DNA of 64,000 nucleotides. Origin: Oligoflexales bacterium (GTDB lineage: Bacteria > Bdellovibrionota_B > Oligoflexia > Oligoflexales > Bog-1112). Shown piece after piece: positions 60,479-64,000 of the stretch; within the stretch, counting starts at the first letter, position 1, and each line of letters starts with the position of its first letter. The notes under the pieces were generated by a model. The model worked only from the letters and a program-made list of their open reading frames with translations, ran no database searches and had not been told where the DNA came from. A program made the position numbers and the translations under genes. The stretch lies in the NCBI GenBank assembly GCA_045105515.1, contig JBGCDR010000034.1, positions 3,888 through 67,887 on the forward strand, given 5' to 3'.

Positions 60479-61120
60479 ATGCAAGCAGCCCAGCACCAAG
60501 AAATTCAAAACTACCTACTCTGGCTTCAGGAGCGAGGACAGTGCTGGCCAATTGTAGATACCCTTGCCATGGTGCCGCAGGTAAGCCCAGTTGAAGAATT
60601 AGCTACTGAAAATACTATAGAAGTAGAGCTACAAGCTGCAGCTCAGCCCAAAACCCAAAGCACTACCCCTCTTTTCCGCAGCGCTGGCAACGAGCAAGCC
60701 CCTTACCTTGGGATCGTAGATTGTGTGAAGGGACAAAAACTGGTCTTCGGCAAGGAACGTGAACTGCTCATCAAGATTTTAAGCGCCCTCGGTATCGACT
60801 TAAAAAGCCAATTTAGACTACTTGGCTTAGAGACCGATCACTGCAGCGTTCCCTTTGCAAATTATCAGGATTACCAGCAGCAATTTTTAGAACTAGTCAG
60901 GACCCAAGGGCCAAAGGCTGTGTTCTGCTTCGGACGCATGCCATACCGCATTATCATGAACGATCCGTCTCCATTCCTAGAAAAAGCCAATAAACCGATT
61001 AAAATTGCTGCAGACACAACAACCATTTTTCCCTTGTATCACCTCTGCGAGCTTATGCACTCACCGGAGCTGAAAAAACAAACTTGGTTTGGGCTTAAAA
61101 GCTTTATGAAAGACCTCTAA
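60479..61120 (+). CDS. Uracil-DNA glycosylase family-4-like protein, degenerate
   Basis: G..ELL.KIL.ALG, P..V.C.G, PLYH...L.HSP..KK..W..L; start moved downstream of the repeat. Confidence 0.6.
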   Translation: MQAAQHQEIQNYLLWLQERGQCWPIVDTLAMVPQVSPVEELATENTIEVELQAAAQPKTQSTTPLFRSAGNEQAPYLGIVDCVKGQKLVFGKERELLIKILSALGIDLKSQFRLLGLETDHCSVPFANYQDYQQQFLELVRTQGPKAVFCFGRMPYRIIMNDPSPFLEKANKPIKIAADTTTIFPLYHLCELMHSPELKKQTWFGLKSFMKDL

Positions 61121-61130
61121 CAAAACAAAG

Positions 61131-61170
61131 GTCATGACGACCAAGCAAAGTGCATGGAGTCATCTCCCAC
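61131..61170 (+). repeat. REP-like palindromic repeat (partial copy follows at 61178)
   Basis: GTCATGACGACCAAGCAAAGTGCATGGAGTCATCTCCCAC; stem ATGAC/GTCAT. Confidence 0.75.
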
Positions 61171-61320
61171 AAACAAAGTCATGACTCAATATCAAAAAAT
61201 GCCTTTGTTCCTGGTAGCATGGATGGACTCACTGAAGAGACTTGAAAAATTATCTAAGCGACATGCTCCCGTTGTTGATGTCTCTCGCGAAATATTCAAT
61301 AAGTTGCCAAATTCTATTTC

Positions 61321-61692
61321 ATGGAATGTCAATTTATTGTCTACATTTTGACAAATAGGCATCACACAGTTTTTTAAACAAGCATAACTAATAATCTTGA
61401 ACGGAGGCTCTCAGAACATGTTGGTGGATACTCTAGCTTTGCAAGAAAATATAACATCCGTAAGCTCGTTTACTATGAAATTCATAAGAAAGCTCTTGAG
61501 GCAATTGCAAGAGAAAATCAGATCAAGAAATGGTCTAGGAAGAAGAAGATTTTTCTAATTGAGTTGATTAATCCAGCTTGGGGAGATCTGTCCAGATTAC
61601 CTAAGAAAACAACTTCCATCATGACAACCAAGCCTTTCACATGGAGTTATCTCCCTCCTAACATACACCACCATCACGGCAACCAAGCGTAG
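61321..61692 (+). pseudogene. Stand-alone GIY-YIG nuclease pseudogene (not in ORF track)
   Basis: MECQFIVYILTNRHHTVF*TSITNNLERRLSEH...FARKYNIRKLVYYE...AIARENQIKKWSRKKKIFLIELINPAWGDL; in-frame TAA at 61375-61377; homology ends ~61590. Confidence 0.85.
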
Positions 61693-61712
61693 CGCGCGGA
61701 GTCATTTCCCAC
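61618..61712 (+). repeat. Two tandem REP-like repeats (55-bp period)
   Basis: ATCATGACAACCAAGCCTTTCACATGGAGTTATCTCCC (61618) and ATCACGGCAACCAAGCGTAGCGCGCGGAGTCATTTCCCAC (61673). Confidence 0.75.
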
Positions 61713-61721
61713 AAAACACCA

Positions 61722-62426
61722 CTAATTTTCTTTAACGACATTCTTATCATAGAGCACATTAAGAATAGCCCTCAGGCCTTTTTTATCGCTCATTACCAGG
61801 TGCTGGTCCTGATAGAGGACTTTATCAGAGGTAGCAAAAGGAATCGCAAAATAACTTAGTTCCGAAATTTGGCGATCATCATCTATGACCCAATACTTTT
61901 TTTCCTGCTCATAGAGCTGTATTTTCACCTGCACTGCAACTTTATACTCGGGAATATGGTGCTTTTTATCGGGGGCTAGATCGTTCATAACCTTGCGAAC
62001 TAACTCTCTTAAGGCGTCGCCCTCAACCACAAGCTGGACAATATTTTTACCCTTAGAATCCACCTCATAATTCTTAAACGCTGGAAGCTGCATTTCGCCA
62101 AAACGTAAATATTCTTCCTCGACTTTTCGTTTTTTATCAAAACTTAAAAGATGTTCTTTTTCATCATCGATTAAGCCAACAAACATTACCTTAAAATAGT
62201 AGTTATTAATACCCTTAGCATCATGATTTCCTGCCCGCAAATAATCTAGAGCTATTTTATGGTCGAGGGTGGAGTAGTTGAGGAGTTTTTCGTTATTTGG
62301 ACCTTCAGAGGACGAAGCTCGATCTATAGCAAGTAAATAAATTAGAGGTAAAAAAATCTTTAAAACTATCCGGAAACACATTATCTTAATTCTTTCGATG
62401 CTGTTGCGGGCTGTAAGAATTATCAA
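61722..62426 (-). CDS. Exported hypothetical protein
   Basis: 234-aa ORF with signal-peptide-like segment; start uncertain. Confidence 0.7.
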   Translation of the reverse strand: MIILTARNSIERIKIMCFRIVLKIFLPLIYLLAIDRASSSEGPNNEKLLNYSTLDHKIALDYLRAGNHDAKGINNYYFKVMFVGLIDDEKEHLLSFDKKRKVEEEYLRFGEMQLPAFKNYEVDSKGKNIVQLVVEGDALRELVRKVMNDLAPDKKHHIPEYKVAVQVKIQLYEQEKKYWVIDDDRQISELSYFAIPFATSDKVLYQDQHLVMSDKKGLRAILNVLYDKNVVKEN

Positions 62427-62427
62427 A

Positions 62428-63483
62428 TCAATGTTGAAGTACAGCTTGTTTGGGTGAAGACAACTTGGAACCTTGAGTTTGAGGGTTAAAACGCCAATTA
62501 ATAATCTGATTATAAAACTTCATACAAAACTTGGACGATGCCCACTCCCATTCACCAAGATAAACAACAGGGTCGGCACCAGTTCCTTTTTTAAAATTGT
62601 ATACACCCGGAGCTTTCAAAGGATCAATACCGCCTAAGTCGTACGATCCACCGCCTTTGGATCGACATATCTGTAATAATTTTACCAATAGTAAGTGCGA
62701 TGTATAGGATTTGCGTGCTTCTGGAGAAGCTGCTGCAAAAAAATCCAAACATTGGTTCCCAAAAATCGCTGCCCCTCTAAAAGCTACTGTTGTTCCATTG
62801 CTGTCAATCGCTCTACACATTACAAGAAAAGGGCGCAGGCATTGTGTTATATTAACCAGTTCTTGTTTGGAATACTGCCTTTTCAAACCCTTATAGTGCT
62901 CCATTTTTTCATACACATTCCACATATCTTGTGGGTTAGGATCTAGCCATTCCTCAATTAAGTAAGTATTTTTTTTAGTCCCTCTGCGGTAGTTGTGTCG
63001 CCAATTGCTAGTACAACCTTGTAAAAAAATCTCTTCCGATTCTATTTTTTTTAACAAAAACGACATTCCTGAAGAGATTTTATTGTATGCAGGCTTCCAC
63101 CCAATAGAGTGTAAGAAGAAATAATCTGATGCGTCCAGTGACTTCTGAAAAGAGATTCTAATGTACTTCGGCTTAATGACTTCTGAGAATATTTTTGATG
63201 AAAATAGTATCTCGGGACTTGACTCATTTAATTGGCCAAGAATGCCTCCTGGACACCAAAGCAAGGATACAAGGCCCATTGCCCCCTTTTTTATCAGAAG
63301 TTGAACTGCAGCTATAGGCTCACCTACCTTATTATTTTTTAAAAACCTAACAGCTTGCCATCCAAAAGCTTCCTTATATATTCCCCATTGATAAGAATGG
63401 TATATGTTATGACCATGCATACTTTTGCACAGTTCATTCCAGTCTTCCTTTTTTAACCAGCTTTCTACCCAATTACCTTTCAT
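62428..63483 (-). CDS. FemAB/FemX-like GNAT peptidyltransferase family protein
   Basis: YHSYQWG..K...GW, NWRHNYRR, YDLGGID....GVYNFKKG.G. Confidence 0.8.
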   Translation of the reverse strand: MKGNWVESWLKKEDWNELCKSMHGHNIYHSYQWGIYKEAFGWQAVRFLKNNKVGEPIAAVQLLIKKGAMGLVSLLWCPGGILGQLNESSPEILFSSKIFSEVIKPKYIRISFQKSLDASDYFFLHSIGWKPAYNKISSGMSFLLKKIESEEIFLQGCTSNWRHNYRRGTKKNTYLIEEWLDPNPQDMWNVYEKMEHYKGLKRQYSKQELVNITQCLRPFLVMCRAIDSNGTTVAFRGAAIFGNQCLDFFAAASPEARKSYTSHLLLVKLLQICRSKGGGSYDLGGIDPLKAPGVYNFKKGTGADPVVYLGEWEWASSKFCMKFYNQIINWRFNPQTQGSKLSSPKQAVLQH

Positions 63484-63812
63484 TTTCTACTCATAGTAAA
63501 AAAAACTAAAATAGACATCACTATTACTCCCTTATGCTTAGCTTTTCTCATCAGACCAAAGAGAATAATGTCTTCATTTATTCGTCCAAGAAATCTCTAA
63601 TATAGGAAAATCTAATTTGGTCATTAGCAAGCTCAAAAAATCATATCATTTATAAACTACCCTCTCAAGACAAACACCAGAAATATTGGAGTATATTTTA
63701 ACTACTAACGCTAAAAAAACTCTTTAGAGGTGGTCACACCTAGGATGGATCTTATAGATAAGCTACTTCAAAAAGCAGAATTTGTTAGATTTTCCTATTT
63801 AAAGTGGACGTT

Positions 63813-64000
63813 ATGAATATCGTTGCCATAATTCCAGCCAGAGGCGGATCTAAAGGCCTTCCCCAAAAAAATATCATGAACTTTGTGGAAAACCTTTAAT
63901 TGTTTGGTCCATCTCACAAGCCAAAAGTCAAAATACGTTGAATCGTTTTGGGTGACTTCAGATTGTGAAGAAATCCTAAAGTTAGTGAATCCTAGGGAGC
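63813..64000 (+). pseudogene. Acylneuraminate cytidylyltransferase (NeuA-like), frameshifted and truncated by window end
   Basis: MNIVAIIPARGGSKGLPQKNI then, after restoring single bases, CGKPLIVWSISQAKKSKYVESFWVTSDCEEIL. Confidence 0.7.

Noticed and set aside
61154-61351. 65-aa ORF
   Set aside because: It starts inside a repeat, overlaps the GIY-YIG start and has no recognisable features.
58704-61712. Repeats as a CRISPR array
   Set aside because: The copies are degenerate, separated by whole genes, lack regular spacers, and there are no cas genes.

Overview
This is a mostly core-genome bacterial window. The gene content suggests Bdellovibrionota/Oligoflexia (inference): PilB-PilT-PilC, a Gld-like ABC/DUF4340 module, RNase Y together with KdsA, and a TPR-wHTH regulator. 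It holds ruvA, the rimP-nusA-infB-rbfA-truB-metK operon, the S10-spc-alpha ribosomal cluster, type IV pilus motor genes, tRNA-Phe-secG-tRNA-Leu, rpmI-rplT and rny. Main unusual signals: (1) a family of ~40-bp palindromic REP-like repeats with compensatory stem changes, clustered around a decayed stand-alone GIY-YIG nuclease gene that the ORF track missed; (2) clean absence of rplX (uL24) from the spc operon and of rpsD from the alpha operon; (3) a recurring sigma28/FliA-like promoter motif upstream of pilB, a PilZ gene, a response regulator and several unknown genes; (4) unannotated hairpin-rich intergenic regions; (5) an exported PI3K/PI4K-like kinase and a protease/regulator islet. The ORF track mislabels rny (56372..57955) as minus strand, but it reads on the plus strand. 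The last gene (neuA-like) has homopolymer frameshifts that may be sequencing errors.
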